A stretch of 63,887 nucleotides of DNA, filler included, from Kipferlia bialata (GCA_003568945.1; 3 parts of 3 records of this genome joined end to end with filler, not necessarily neighbours in it); one strand, 5' to 3'; shown: positions 49,609-63,887, counted from the whole stretch's first letter. A program made the numbers and translations. Notes: a model not told the origin generated them from the letters alone.

Positions 49609-52600
49609 ATATATATATGAGAGTTCCACATTCTGTACAGGACACTCCACCTATGCAAGGTATAGATGTATGATATACATACTCATTGTGTACAAAGTGT
49701 ACTATGTATCCCTATTACAGACACTATTGTATTTTACCCAAATGTACTAACTCCATATAGTGCATATATACTTACCACCCACATCTAAATACTTTGGTAT
49801 ATATATACGTATACTATGTATGTATACTAACCCCCAGGCCCCCCATGTCCCCACTGACAGGGAGGACACTGTGCTTATACATATATACCACTTATACATA
49901 CTCACTCATATGTAGTATATACCCTACTATTAATACTCACCCCCAGGCCCCCCATGTCCCCACCGACAGAGAGGACACTGTGGTCACATATATATATATA
50001 TATATATATATATACTACAGATAGACATACTCACTCATATACATACACATATATTGTACATGTATTATATACCCAAGCATACTCACTCCCAGGCCCCTCA
50101 TGTACCTACTGACCGGGAGGACACAGTGGTCACACCCACCTCCAGCACCCTGGCTGTGCCTGTACCACTGCCCCAGTCACAGCTGGTATGGGTATATAGA
50201 TTCATATACACTATATGGACAGATAGTCTATATACTATATTCTATGTACTGTACTCTAGTACAATGCCTGTGCCACTGCCCCAGTCACAGCTGGTATGGG
50301 TATATAGATTCATATACACTATAGTCACAGCTGGTATGTATACGTTTATATATGTACTATATGGACAGACAGTCGATATACTATGTACTATACTCTAGTA
50401 CAATGGCTGTGCTTCTGACTCAGTCACAGCTGGTACGGTATATCTCTCTCTCTATCTCTATTTCTATATTCTCTCTCTATTGATATATATTGATACTGAG
50501 TAAGTGGTATAGAGTGTATATATATATTTCATACACCCACCCCCAGGGTAAGGGCACCAGAGGCAGGGAGAGAGAGAGAGACAAGTGCAAGGGTGACCCC
50601 TCTCAGTCAACTGAGCAGAGCGAGATATCAGTCCACCTGCAGGTATTACCATATTCTCTCCCCCTGTCCTTCTATCTCGCTACACCCCTATCTTTCTCTT
50701 TCTCTCTCTCTCTGGCCACACCCCTCAGTATCACCAACTAATTAATTTAATTATCTTCTCTCTCTCTCTCTCTCTCTACCTACACCCTAACCCACCAGTG
50801 TCTGCAGGAGTTCATCGGAGAGGAGCTGTCAGCTGAGATGGCCAGGATAGGTATGTATATCTACTATATACTTATAGATATACTATACATAGTATATACT
50901 ATACATAGTGTATACTTATAGATATACTACTGGATTCAGCTACTGAGATGGCCAGGATAGGTATGTATATATCTACTATATACATAATGTGATACTGACA
51001 TCACACACTGCTGATATTGATAAATGTATTTACACAATACTGATATAGAGCTGACAGCTGAGATGGCCAGGATAGGTATGTGTAACACTATATATACTTG
51101 TTTCTCACTGTACACTCATTATATACCAATATCATATACTGCTGTTATAGATGTACTAGGCACTCTCATTGGTATATATACATATACATGTATGTATATA
51201 TTTTTGTATACTTTACTATACTGGTACATATATTACTGACGCATAGGCACTCTGATAGGGCGGGACCAGCCACAGAAGGGAGAGGCCAAGGCAGAGAGTG
51301 AGGGAGAGGGAGAGGGAGAGGGAGATGAGGCAGATGGTGTTGAGGCAATCACTGAGGGAAGTGAGGGAGAGAGAGAGGATGGAGAGACAGCAGACAGGCC
51401 CCTGGGACAGGTATGGTATATCATCTTAGTGTTTGACATAGCTTTTATAGCTCATTATATAGTATACTGTATGTTTCTTATTTATGTAGGCATCTATGTA
51501 GGTATGGTGTATGCCATTCGGGTTTATCCATAATATATATGAGTACTTCCTATAATGGGTGCAACTCACACCAGTGTGAGACCGATGTGATCGGGTCAAG
51601 TGAATTGTATTATACTAATCCTTTATGTAAAGGGAATAAGAGACATTCTAGCGCTGCATAAACCTTGACTATACCTTACCCCCCAGGGCGAGACCGATGT
51701 GATTGAGTCCTGTCTGGGTGAACTAGCATTCTGCTCCAGTGTCCTCAGGCACCAGCACCCACTCTCAGACGACCCGGCCAATCTGCTGCAGGTATCGCGT
51801 AATTATACAGTATCGTGTAGTATGAAGCCAAGCCCATCTGCTACAGGTATCGCGTAATATATACAGTATCGTGTAGTATATGTAGCCAAGCCCATCTGCT
51901 GCAATTATCACGTAATATACACCCCATCATGTAGGACATATATGCCTCTCTCACCATCAGATCATCTCTTATATTATAAATATTCCGTGTAGTACTTGTC
52001 TCACTCTCAGGACCTCAATGTGCCTGTCTGTATCGCCTAGTATATAAATGCAACATTACATAGTATAGTATATGCTGTCACGTTGAATACCCATGCATCT
52101 CTCTCACTCTCAGGAATCAGATCATCTCTATCGCGAGAGGGGGTGTCGACATCAAGGAGGGGGAGCTGACAGCAAATGAGCAGGTATGTGTCTTTACACT
52201 CTTTGCCATATCCTGTTGTTATAGTTATTCTTCTCTATCTCTCCCCCCCCCCCTCTCTCTCTCTATTATGCTACTATACCGTGGATGGGTACTGTACCTA
52301 TATCGAGTAAGGGGAGCTTGCAGCGAATGAGCACATGAGATGATTGTGTTGTAAATGTATATAGATATATAGTATTTTTTACTAGTATTGCAAAGAGGAT
52401 AATATTGGATGGTACGAATACCCCTATCTCACCCCAGCTTGATCCATATATATATATATATACATATACACCTATCTCACCCCAGCTGGAGCTGAACCAG
52501 ACCATCCGCATGTACGTGCTGGCCCAGAGACAGGTGAGACACTTGTATAGAAGTGTGTATATATATAGTCATACATATCTATATATGAGTGTGTATGTGC

Positions 52601-52922
52601 AGGTATATGACACTCATGTATCTATGTACGTGCTGGCCCAGAGACAAGTATAATATGTGAATTCGTGCATTCTCTTGTTCTCTTCCTGAAGTATGTATAT
52701 ACGAGACGCCTCAGATATCCATGTGTTCAACATTTATGCCTCTCCTTGGGAATACTAGCACATTTGCCTTATAATAGGAGCTGAGGCACCTTGCCACCCA
52801 CAATGACTCTCTCTCTCTCTCTATATATATACTTATCCTAGGAACTAAGGCGTCTAGCCACCCACAATGCCGAGCTGAGGCAGAGGGTGAGAGACCTGGA
52901 GAGCAAGGAGAGCAAGGAGTGA
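44412..52922 (+). CDS. TBC1D5: TBC-domain Rab-GAP, TBC1D5/Gyp6-like, with C-terminal coiled coil; 5' end not seen
   Basis: Spliced SALRPLYWMLFLK, VDNPL, arginine finger ILLDLRR, glutamine finger SYRQ|GMHEIAA, LHLMDLDVEPVIFSV|RWLRVLFGREF..LLIWDVILA, LTNYLAASMLL. Ends ELRRLATHNAELRQRVRDLESKESKE-TGA. Confidence 0.85.
46490..47073 (+). repeat. Exon-echo array: four upstream copies of the GMHEIAATLHYAL exon start
   Basis: Copies at ~46492, 46581, 46724 and 46847; the real exon starts at 46958. Confidence 0.9.
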
Positions 52923-53099
52923 TAGCATTGAGGGAGAGAGACAGAGAGAGAGAGAGAGAAATAGGGACAGCGTTGTGAATAGGAATCGAGTTTTGGAGGA
53001 ATGAATTGCGTCGTTTACTCTGACATCGGAGGTGTTACTTGAAAGGCGTTTCTCGTCTTCATATGCCTCCACATGTATGAATATTGTCTGTTTGTAACC

Positions 53100-56000
53100 T
53101 CTAGAGTATCAATGACGATTCATCTTCCTCTCTTCATTCTATAGCCCTCGGCCTATCCTTGCGTAGTCGTGTCCTCCAGAGCCAGAACTAATCCACACCT
53201 GAGAGTGAGAGTACACTTTTATGTTAGCCCAAGTCCTTCACTGGGTGTATATATTGAATTATATATATACCTGAGGTGCCTGTTAGAGAGTGGCTCGAGC
53301 TTGGTGCGGAGACTGACTCCATCACCAACCCTAGGTGTAAGTGTCAGTGTGTGAGACTTCTTCTCAATATTTTGGCTGTGATGTTACATCACTGATGTAC
53401 TATCGGTGATGTACACCACATTAATGTACCATATGTTCAGTTGGTGAATTTCACTGCATTCTGTAACAGAATCTGTAATGAGGACTCAGACAAATAGATG
53501 CCCACCTTGCCAACAACCAATCAGCTGTGTATCTCCCGCCAATTGTATCAAAGCCAATGGTAACGAGGTACCTTTGTGTCAGTCCATACTCAAATCGTAC
53601 CGTATATCATCTCTCTCACTGAGAGAAACATCTGGCCGACACTGCAATTGTCATGGATATCTTCTAACCATAAACCAACAACTTGTAACGATATCTCTAG
53701 GCCTATATGATTTCCACGTACCATGCTACCATCGTGCATATCCAACGCAGTATGATGCCAAGGGGGTCTCTGCTGTTCATCCAACCTGGGGTCAGTCTTC
53801 AACCAAGTAAGTGAATGAAACTATATTAATTAGTGCCTTGATAATACTGATACTGATACTAATAGAGGTATCCTTGGGTCAGTCTTCAACACATAAAAGA
53901 AAAAAACAAAGGAGTATGACCCTCACACAATGAGAGAGAGAGGGGGAGCGTACCTATGATGTTGGGGTCTATCCACCTCAGCATGTATGTGACTGGACCC
54001 TCAACCAGGAACTCTAGTCCAAACACAGTGAGAGACATGGTGCTGAAGCGTCTGGAGTTAAGGTCTTGCTACTTAAGACTATTGCGAAGAAAAGAAACAG
54101 TGTCTGAAGTAGCAGTCTTGAGTCTAGAGACTATTGCAAAGAAGAGTAATAATATGTAGAGTTGGATTCCAATGGTTCCGTGTCTTTGTACATACCTTAC
54201 CCACAAGGTACGCTGAGCCCGTCGCTCTCCTACCTCTCTGGAACAACCTTCGTATCTAGTGGTGAGACCTATTGTCCTTGCTTCCTTCCTTTATGATGTT
54301 GGACAATTTGCAAACTCAAATGATATGAGATAGATAGACATACCTTTGGATGAAGTAGGTCAGTGCACATGTCTGCACTGCACTGAACACATAGTCACTG
54401 TAACTCTGGAACACAAATCGTGATTGATATTATACTATATCCTATGTGTATCTGATTGGAGTACCTCTGTATGAAGTATGTCAGTGCACATGTCTGCACT
54501 GTACTGAAGATTTGTATATATTCATACTATTTCAGCCTACATACATAATTCTTGATGATACAAACTATTATAGTACGTGAGTAGAGTTGCGTTACCTGAG
54601 GTAACTTACCTCTGTACGAAGTATGCCAGTGCACATGTCTGCACTGCACTGAAGGCATAGTGCTGGGAGACAGACATGAACTGACAGGCAGGGTCAATCT
54701 ATGGTCAGAGAGTGGTGTTTTGTGTCACAGAGAACGATGTCAACTACACTATGTTTGGGTTTGTAGAAGAGTCAGACATAGAACCAGTACATATGCATTG
54801 AAATTGCAACCCTTACACCTTACCGTCAGGTGATGTCAACAGGTAGTCCAGCCCGTAGTACACAGTGCTACCCAGAGCCATCAGGACCAAGGGGAGGGAG
54901 GACAGGTAGAGAATCCGCAGTACACGTAACCTTCTAGCATTGCTTGATGTAACTCCATCATACTTGACCTCAGCAGGTGACCTGTCTACGTCTGACAAGG
55001 TGTCCTGTCTGTATGATACCCCACTGGTTGAAGTATAAGCATGTGTCTCCTGGACTAGGGCACAGGCTGTCTCCTCAGGAGGGTCCTCACAAATGTATAC
55101 GACCTCCTGTGTCTCGGTGACTCTAGACAGTGATGCTGTCTTACTCTCATATGCCCATCTCAAGAGTAGACCCATGGATACACCCTTTGTGTCAGACACT
55201 ATTTGTGATGATGAATCATAGGAGTAGCAGCCCGTAGGGGAAAGAAGGTACTGTGTGAGCACCTGCAACATACTGCCAAAGAAGGGAAGGATGCCCTGGA
55301 ACCAGCCTGCTAGCACCTGGGTTAGAGAGGTCATGACATGTTACTCAATAGTGTCAGAGTAGAGATATGAACGTATTTCGAGTAAGATTGCTATTGTTAT
55401 TGTCTTAAGTGTGTGTCTCTCACCTGCGGCCACCAGAGGCCCCAGAAGTCCAAGAGTGTTCCCATACCAGATGGCTGTCTCATGGTGGCATAGTCCATCC
55501 TGGTCCAGCTCTAGAGTTAGTTCAATACTATTAGAAGGGTATAACTTATAGTCGCAGTCATCATGACTAGTCATCATGACTACCGGGTATCCAGAAGTAC
55601 CCTTAACTACCTTATACTCCATGACCCTGTCCCTGACTGGCTCTGTCAACAGGGGCACAACCAAGGCTAGAGCATAGTATACAACACAGAGAGGGACAAG
55701 GGCAACACTCCTCTGGTCAACTCCGCCTTCAACCATCTTCCCACCTACAGCAACGTCATGCTTTTCAAGACACCTGACTATTGCAGCAGTGATTGGTATG
55801 ATGACAAGGGAGACTAGTGTTATGAGCACCATTGCACACCCGAAGAAGGTGAGGGGGTTGCTCTCAATCTCGCCCATCTGGAACCATCTGGGTGTTAGAA
55901 TGTTATCGAGTTGTATAGTACATAGATTATTGAGCGATGTATGATGCAAATCATCTGCGCATACATTACCAGAGTAAGTAGGCCATTATTCAAGCTTAGT

Positions 56001-56947
56001 TGTGTGTAGGAGTCTCCTACAGTACGAGACAGTAGAAGACCCAGCTATATGCGTACTGATTGAGAGAGGGATGGTACTGGGGAAATTACCTGTACCGCCA
56101 GAATGTCTGGTCTGATGGTATGCACTGGTACCAGATACCCTTACCTGTACCGCCAGAATGTCTGGTCTGATGGTATGCACTGGTACCAGATACCCTTCAG
56201 ATACTGCTGAAAGCAGATCAGTCCAACAAAGACAGGGAAGCACAGGAGGTATCGAAGTAGGAGTCTCCGCATGTAGGCAAGATACTGTCTGAACCCCTCA
56301 TTGTTCAGAAGAGCGAGTGCCCTGTAGACATGGTTGAAGCCATACACACAGCCGGACACCTGCAATGTAAAAGAGAACTCAAATATAGTATATTGAAGAG
56401 AGATACGCTTTACTCCAATTGCTTGGAAAGCAAGGAGGGAATAAGTATAGCATAGCCCCTATGATTAAGTGTGTAATATTACGCACCAGTACAAACCCTC
56501 CCCTCCACCCAGCAAAGAGCACTGTGGGAGTGAAGATTGCGACGAGGACTCTCTTGGCAGGAGTGTCTAGCTCCTGTGTGAGTTCATATTGGGAGGATGC
56601 ATCCATATGTGGACACAAACATAAGGGTCTAAGTATCAGGCCAGTATACATGTATATCACTATATATATATGATATTCGCATACCAAGAAGTACTGTGTG
56701 TCTGCCGCTGCCCCACTACTGTGAACAAAGATCATCATGAACACTCCTAGGCCCCGGGCTACATCCCTGTAGCATCAGTTACTCACTGTAATCTAGAGAG
56801 CAACTCAGTATTATCCTGTGGAGCAGTAACAAACACATACATTGACAGTAGCCTTGGACTGCCATCAAAAACTGCTCGAGGGAACATGAGTCCCATCAAC
56901 CAGCCCCAGTACACACGGAGAGCACGGATAGCCCCAGTCCTCGGCAT
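53100..56947 (-). CDS. Hypothetical multipass membrane protein; multi-exon, boundaries approximate
   Basis: Hydrophobic ORFs 55341-55949 and 54813-55334, plus smaller GT-AG exons (e.g. IDPACQFMSVSQHYAFSAVQTCALAYFVQ at 54610-54700). Candidate ATG at 56947. No family recognised. Confidence 0.5.
56086..56195. repeat. Perfect 55-bp direct tandem duplication of an exon end plus donor
   Basis: TTACCTGTACCGCCAGAATGTCTGGTCTGATGGTATGCACTGGTACCAGATACCC x2, identical and adjacent. Confidence 0.95.
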
Positions 56948-57416
56948 CCTTTAGTCTTTATATGCACCACGGCTACTGAATTGCTGTGGCTGATATAGAG
57001 AGAGGGCACTAAGTAACTGGGACTCCTTACTGGTCTACAGCTAGGATATCTATTGCTGGTCCATATTTGCTGAATTGAAACCCTCATTGTGAGGGCCAAT
57101 AGTTGGCCTCAACAGTATCAAGCGTTCATCCACTCAACGACATCAATCAGCTCAGTTGTTGTGCAAATTGGGTCTGTACTATGTAAGGGTCTCGGTATTG
57201 TAATATTTCGTGGGACAAAAGAATTCAAGCAATAGAACTCAAAGACATTGGTTCGAACGTTGCATCTATTACATATTACATTGTGTTACAAGTTTCAACA
57301 GAATCATAGCTTCATCTGGATTCAATGGACACTGTCAAAGACGATCGTCTAGGTATATATCCTCCTATGTATGCTGTCTAAGACAGTCTTGAGTAAGCCA
57401 CTGTCTGATACAGTCT

Positions 57417-57780
57417 CTAAGTGGAGCCCCCGAACCCTGTCACGGACAGCACCATCTCAATGACACTCAGGTCGTTGAGGGCCCTGGAGTTAGACTACTA
57501 AAAGACAACAATGTCAAACTGTGCCAAAATACAACTAGACACCATATGGGTAATATCATTCCCAGCTTTTCATTTAGAATGGAGGCATGGGGCCGCAACA
57601 TAGAGAGAGCAACTTATATAGATATCTATAAACACTGTAACACCGTTAAGATATATACACTAATATACCTGATATGCGCCGTCCTCCCCAGCTTCTCGTC
57701 CAGGATGGATGCATCGGCAGTCATCTTGAGGCCATAGGACAGGACAACCTGAAGAGTTAGAGATGATAGTGTCTGGTGGG

Positions 57781-57815
<35 letters not shown>

Positions 57816-58281
57816 GTGACACGAAGGAAATTCATTGGCAGTCATCTTGAGACCATAGGAGAGGACGACCTATGGTGTAAGTGTCCAGAATGCTGATGCT
57901 TGTACAATAGTCATGGAGTTACTTGACGGTTGATAAGTAAGAGAAGTAGAGTGAACACACACATATATTTACCTCTGTGACATTAGGCATGTTGTGCCTC
58001 ATTGTCTCTGACACTGTATGTTGCACAGCCACCTTCTTGGCAGGGGACCCGGGGTCAATGGGACGGGCTGGGGTGAGTACTCTAATATATAGTACACAAG
58101 ACTGAAAGATAACTGATGATATTTGCGCATAGTCAGCCATACACATAGTCTCTACTATCAGCTATAGTAATGCCGTACCGAGCGCAGTGAGTGGCGAGAC
58201 AAATCCATCCCCGACAGCAGTCACTAGGATGATACGACGGAACATCCTGAGATAAGGGTGTAGGGGGAGAGAGAGATAGTA

Positions 58282-58328
<47 letters not shown>

Positions 58329-61300
58329 TTACCTTAGACTTCTGGCGCCAGCGAGGGTGAGGAGGTACGGCTCTTCCTGCTGCTTTGATACCTATTGGGT
58401 CAGAGGTTATGGACAAACAGTATTACGCACAGCCACTAAAGTGACTTCACTAATATAGAATACACATCATCCCATTCCAGATAGATTCAGGTCTCTCCGC
58501 GATGTCTCCTCGGCCATAAAGCAGCCCATACAAAAATCCATACACATACACACATATATATACACATATAGTGTTATAGTATGTATGTCACAATACAAAT
58601 ATAGTGAAATACAGTACAATGTATCCGTGCAACTACATACCATCAAGTTTAGATCTCTGAGCGATGTCTCCTTGGCCATGGAGGCAGCCCTCATGACAGA
58701 CAGGGCAGAGGACACAATGGCACTAGGGGTAAGGCAGAGACAGAGAGAGAGAGAGGGAGAGAGAGAGAGAGAGATGGATGCCCTCCTGAGGGACAGGACA
58801 GAGGACACAATGACACTAGAGGTAAGATATATGCGGGTATGTATATATAGAGAGAGAGAGAGAGAGAGAGTAAGAGATTGGCAGAGGACACAATGGCACT
58901 AGTATAGGGGAGAGAGAGAGATACTCACTTTGGCCCACTGACTGTGCCGGCATGGGGTGCATTGAAGGTCAGCAGGTGGCCCAGTCTGAGGGTGAGAGAT
59001 AAACAACGATCACATACGTGATTTATCCTGCATACACAACGTCAACAGTCCTATTCAATGTAAAAACAATTCATGTACATAATGTACCTAGGCAGCAGCG
59101 GTGCCAACAGCTCTGTCTCCAGGGCACTTCTAATGATGACACCACCAAGGGAGTGGCCGACAAAGCTGAGGGTGAGGATGTAGAAGAGTAGACACTCTAA
59201 CGTTCAAAGAATACATGCTCTCTATCTCTCTCTCTCTGGTATATATACACATATATATATACATACATGTCACGTACTCTACCCTCTCCACCGCTGTCAT
59301 GTCACACCCTGCGTGTATCTCCTCTGCCAGTCTCTGGCCCAGCTCAAGGATGGAGTGCGTGGTGTACTCCTGAGGTCAGGACAAGAATATGAGTTATGCA
59401 TATACACTAATCATTAGATTATAGTGGACAGTAACCCAAGTCAACGATGGAGTGCGTGGTGTACTCCTACTGTAAGAGAGGCCAAGTGGGAGAATCACAA
59501 TATTTACTATACAGACTCTCTAATATATGTACACTACTTACCTCGTTGCATGTGCTGATGATGTGCTCATACTTGGAGTGGCCACTCTTCCTGGTCAGCC
59601 TCTGCAGGACCTGATGTTATAGGGTAACTACTATGTATTCTTACAATATCTAGAGGACTCTGGAGGACCTGACAATCAATATATACAATGGAACGATACT
59701 ATTCGAATCCTAAGGTCCTAAGGCCAAAGCATCATCGATTCATAAATTGACGTAAGTCATATTGTAAAGTATACTACACACACTCACCAGCATGTCTCTG
59801 AGCAGCCTCACGTCTCCACTGGACCCTCTGAATCCATGCACAAACACAGTCAGATGGATTCCCATCCTACGCTTGTCTCTACCTAGGAAAGTTAGTGATA
59901 TCCATCTGTATAATAGTAGGGATACGTTATATGAATGATGATAATGATCAAAATGCCGTCGCATACACACCTCTCCTGCCTGGCACACTGGGTGTGCCTC
60001 TGGATATAATGGATAGAGTATCATATTACTATCTTTATCTCCTGCATATTCATATATGTACATGTACGTATACGTATACACACCTCTCCTGCCTGGCACG
60101 CTGGGTGTGACACTGGGTATGACACCCCCTACCCTGGGTGGGGGGGAGTGGGGGAAGGACCTCATCCGGCCCCTGGAGTAAACAATATGTATATATGGTG
60201 TCAATTGAATCATTTAATCATTGAATGTCAAACTATCAATATATATATATATACTTTGTCTCTCTCTATTTTCATCAAAGATAGTGTTTGCTAGTAACAG
60301 TGAAAATCCAAATACAGTACCTCTGCTTTGTGTATATGACTGGGCAGTTCTCAGGCCTCAGGTCACGCCTAGACACGGGTTCTGACATGAGGGGATTGAA
60401 TAAGAACATGTATAGTAGAGATAAGTTTGAATAGAATTCACACTAATGCATACGTCTGAGTAGTATTAATGATACTTCAATAGAATATCTGACCTGAAAA
60501 CACAGCTCTGTATCTGTCAATGACTTACAGAGCTCTATGTGGTCTATACAATCTATATACTATATACAACTCTATATACAACTCTATATACAATAACATC
60601 AAAGAAGGGTGGACTAGCATATACAGTATATATATAGAGAAGTATATACCAACACCAACCTGGGAACACCGCCCTGTATCTGTCAATGACCTCCACACTG
60701 GACAGGGTGTACATATATACATATACATATATATATAGATAGGTATACAGGTATAAGACTATATATACACACTACTAATACCTGGGAACACTGCCCTGTA
60801 TCTGTCAATGACCTCCACACTGGACAGGGTATATAACGACGAGTTAAGTATATATGAGTATACTATTACAACAATATTGAGCGGAAAGTACCTGGGAACA
60901 CCGCCCTGTATCTGTCTATGGCCTCCACACTGGACAGGGTGCCTATCCTGGATATACCAGTCACGTCATCAGCCTCAGCCTGCCTAGGGGTCAATCGCGT
61001 AAGATACCGACACTTATCGTGTAGAAGTATTACCTAGCCTCTGCCACTACACTGTATCTGCCTCTCTGTAACATAGCAAGGTCATCCTGAGTCAGGGTCT
61101 CTCTCTCTCTCTCTGCCTCTCTCTGCTGGGGTATCTCCACAGTGGTCTGTCTCTGTGTGACGGCTACTCTCTCCCTCTCTCCCTCCCTACCCTTGCTCTG
61201 TGATAGGGGTGGGGGTGCAGTGATGGATGGTGAGTCGGGTACTCCAAACTCCTCAGTCACACCCTCATCCCCAAACACATCCTCGGGGCCCTCCATGGTC

Positions 61301-62664
61301 CACCTATGGTTAGAAGAGACACATATATATATACATATATACAGTTGATCCACCTAGGGTAAGCAGAAATATGAGTATTCATTATATATACAGTATTCAC
61401 AATGGTCTTTGAAGATGTAAATGTTTCAATAGTCCAAACACATCCTCGGGGCCCTCCATGGTCCACCTGATATGAGTATCAAGAGTACATCTAGCATATA
61501 TAGATAGACTATATATCATATACATAGTCCAAACACATCCTCAGGGCCCTCCATCACCCATCTGAAGTTAGTGACAGAATCAAAGGGTAGCAGTATTTAT
61601 ACGTAATACCTATTCATCCCACCATATACTATATAGACACTATATATATATAACTGTATACCTTGAGCCTTGAATGCTAGGACCTCTCTCCCTCTCCCTC
61701 TCCCTGTCTGCAATCTCGACCAATGCAGCATCTCTCTCCCGGCACAGCAGGTCAGCCATGCGACCCCTAGCGGTGAGAATAGTAACCATAATAATAATAG
61801 TACAGCAATCATCACATGTGTGTGTCAGTATACATATACACAGTATACTGAATAGATCTCTCTTTCGGCACAGCAGATCAGCCATGCGTCCCCTATGGTT
61901 AGATGCATTGCATTACACTAGTCAGTATACACATATACAGGATAATGTATAGAAAACTATCCCGGCACAACAGATCAGCCATGTGTCCCCTAAGGTTAGA
62001 AGACACACATGAAGTATACAATGACATTCCATACAGTAGTCAGTAATAATAATTCGCGGTGACCATACCTAGCCTTTGAGTGTTCCTTCAGCAGCACTTC
62101 TAATATATATATTACATTCAACAATTATACACGTATATACCCGGCCTTTGCGTGTTCCTTTAGCAGTATATAGAGTGTACACACACACATATATATGCAG
62201 TACATATATGTATATACCTAGCCTTAGTGTGTTCCTTCAGCAGTATGTTGGTGCACATGTTGGGGTGGGTGGTCACATGGGCAACGAGTTTACGCCTAAT
62301 GGTAAGAATCGGGCACAAATACTAGAAGACACTACAGAGAAGAACATCAGATGAATATATATAAGAGTGTAAATGCACATGCTGGGGTGGGTTGTAACAT
62401 GGACCACGAGCTTGCGCCTACAGGTAAACAATGGGAAACTCGTAGAATATCATAAGACTTACGAAATACTACTTCAAGACAGCAACAACACACTATGTGG
62501 AAGTAAATACCGCAAATTATAAGAAAGAGTATGACATACCTTGCTATGCTAAGTGACATTGCAGGTTCTACTAGGTTGAGCTTGGCCAGAAGGGCATTGA
62601 GGTAGAGAAGGGCACCCTTGAGGATGGCTGTGTGTCAGAGAGGCATTCACATTGTTCGCAAGAG

Positions 62665-62711
<47 letters not shown>

Positions 62712-63712
62712 GGAAGAGTGAGTGTTGAGGTAGAGGAGGGCCCTTCAGAATAGCTAGAGGTCAGAATGGAATACAAGATTCAGCTTTCAACTAGAGAGAG
62801 TATGTACAGATAGAGAGTACCTGACTCACTGACCGACGGCACTATATCAGCAATATGGTACCTCTCTCTCTCTCCTATATATATATATACATATACACAT
62901 ATATATAGTATATATACTATATATACTATATATAGCACCTGGCTCACTGACTGATGGCACCATGTCTGCTATCGGGGTGGGTGCATCCCCCTGGGCACTC
63001 CTGCCCATGCAGCCACACATCAGACTCACCCTGGGGTCAGGATCGCGTGGAATATACGGTAAAGTATGAATCTGTGCACTTGACTACTGGTACTCTGTGT
63101 CTCCCTCTCACTACACACATATATACCCAGATCAATACCTCCTCCTATCACTCCTGTCCCTCTCCCTCTCCCTGTCTATGTCTCTGTGGACTGGACTGGG
63201 ACAGGCAGAGTTGGACTGAGAGAGAGAGGTCGTTACAGAGTCTGAGAAGGTTAGTAAGGAGATAATTACAGTGCTGATGTATATATGTGAAGAAGAGAGC
63301 GGGGACAGGCAGAGTTGGACTGGGAGAGGGAAGTGGTGACAGAGTCTATGTGGTTAGAATAGTATAGTCATACTATTATTATACATACAACGTATATACA
63401 TAGGGCAGAGTTGGACTGAGAGAGAGAGGTCGTAACCGAGTCTGGCTGATTAGATTAACAATAGATAACTGAGAATGCCACAAACACATCGCATGGTTGG
63501 ACATGGTCCAGAACACCCATATGTATCCATAAACAAAACACTAATGACTCATATATTTACCTCAAATCACTGCGTGGGGACAGTATATACAATATATACA
63601 ATAAGTACTGTATAGTTATACCTCTTATCACTGCGTGGGGACTGTCACTCTGCTTGGCCATGACCAGTGATGCAAGGGTGTCATCGGTCTCCAGAGACTC
63701 ACTGGCACGGGC
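57417..63712 (-). CDS. FAM135: DUF676 alpha/beta-hydrolase (FAM135-like putative lipase); 5' end beyond the window
   Basis: HLTVFVHGFRGSSGDVRLLRD (59780-59870), ILELGQRLAEEI, nucleophile elbow SFVGHSLGGVIIRSAL (~59125-59167), LLTFNAPHAG, C-terminal KLGRTAHIR|ALNDL; stop TAG at 57417-57419. Confidence 0.85.
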
Positions 63713-63834
63713 CTAGGGGTCAGATGCCCATAAATATATATATATATATATATACATAGGGAGAGAGATAGAGAGCGAGAGAGAGTCATCTGTCTCAAGG
63801 GAGTCACTGGCACGGGCCTAATAGTCATATGCTC

Positions 63835-63887
<53 letters not shown>

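Overview
Eukaryotic, extremely intron-dense and microsatellite-rich DNA. Its style (short exons, (TA)n/(CT)n/(GA)n introns, branch point fused to the 3' splice site, ERER low-complexity peptides, kelch family expansion) resembles a free-living fornicate such as Kipferlia; this is an inference. The window is three unrelated ~21 kb contigs joined by artificial 100-nt N/TTAATTAATTAA linkers (21740-21839, 43554-43653). Manually spliced gene models: SH3-type DOCK GEF; MFS transporter; large kelch/ephrin-receptor-like membrane protein; a SET-domain N-terminus followed by a CaaX-ending ORF; three nearly intronless kelch genes (one frameshifted); a small double C2HC zinc-finger gene; a bacterial-like right-handed beta-helix gene; TBC1D5-like RabGAP; an unknown multipass membrane protein; and a DUF676/FAM135-like hydrolase. 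The most striking signal is a pervasive set of 'exon echoes'. Partial exon copies are stacked in introns: 5' parts with their acceptor lie upstream of the real exon, and 3' parts with their donor lie downstream. They differ from the real exon mainly at synonymous codon positions, and in several arrays they decay with distance. This suggests tandem capture of exon ends from divergent functional alleles, or a haplotype-chimeric assembly, which must be excluded first.
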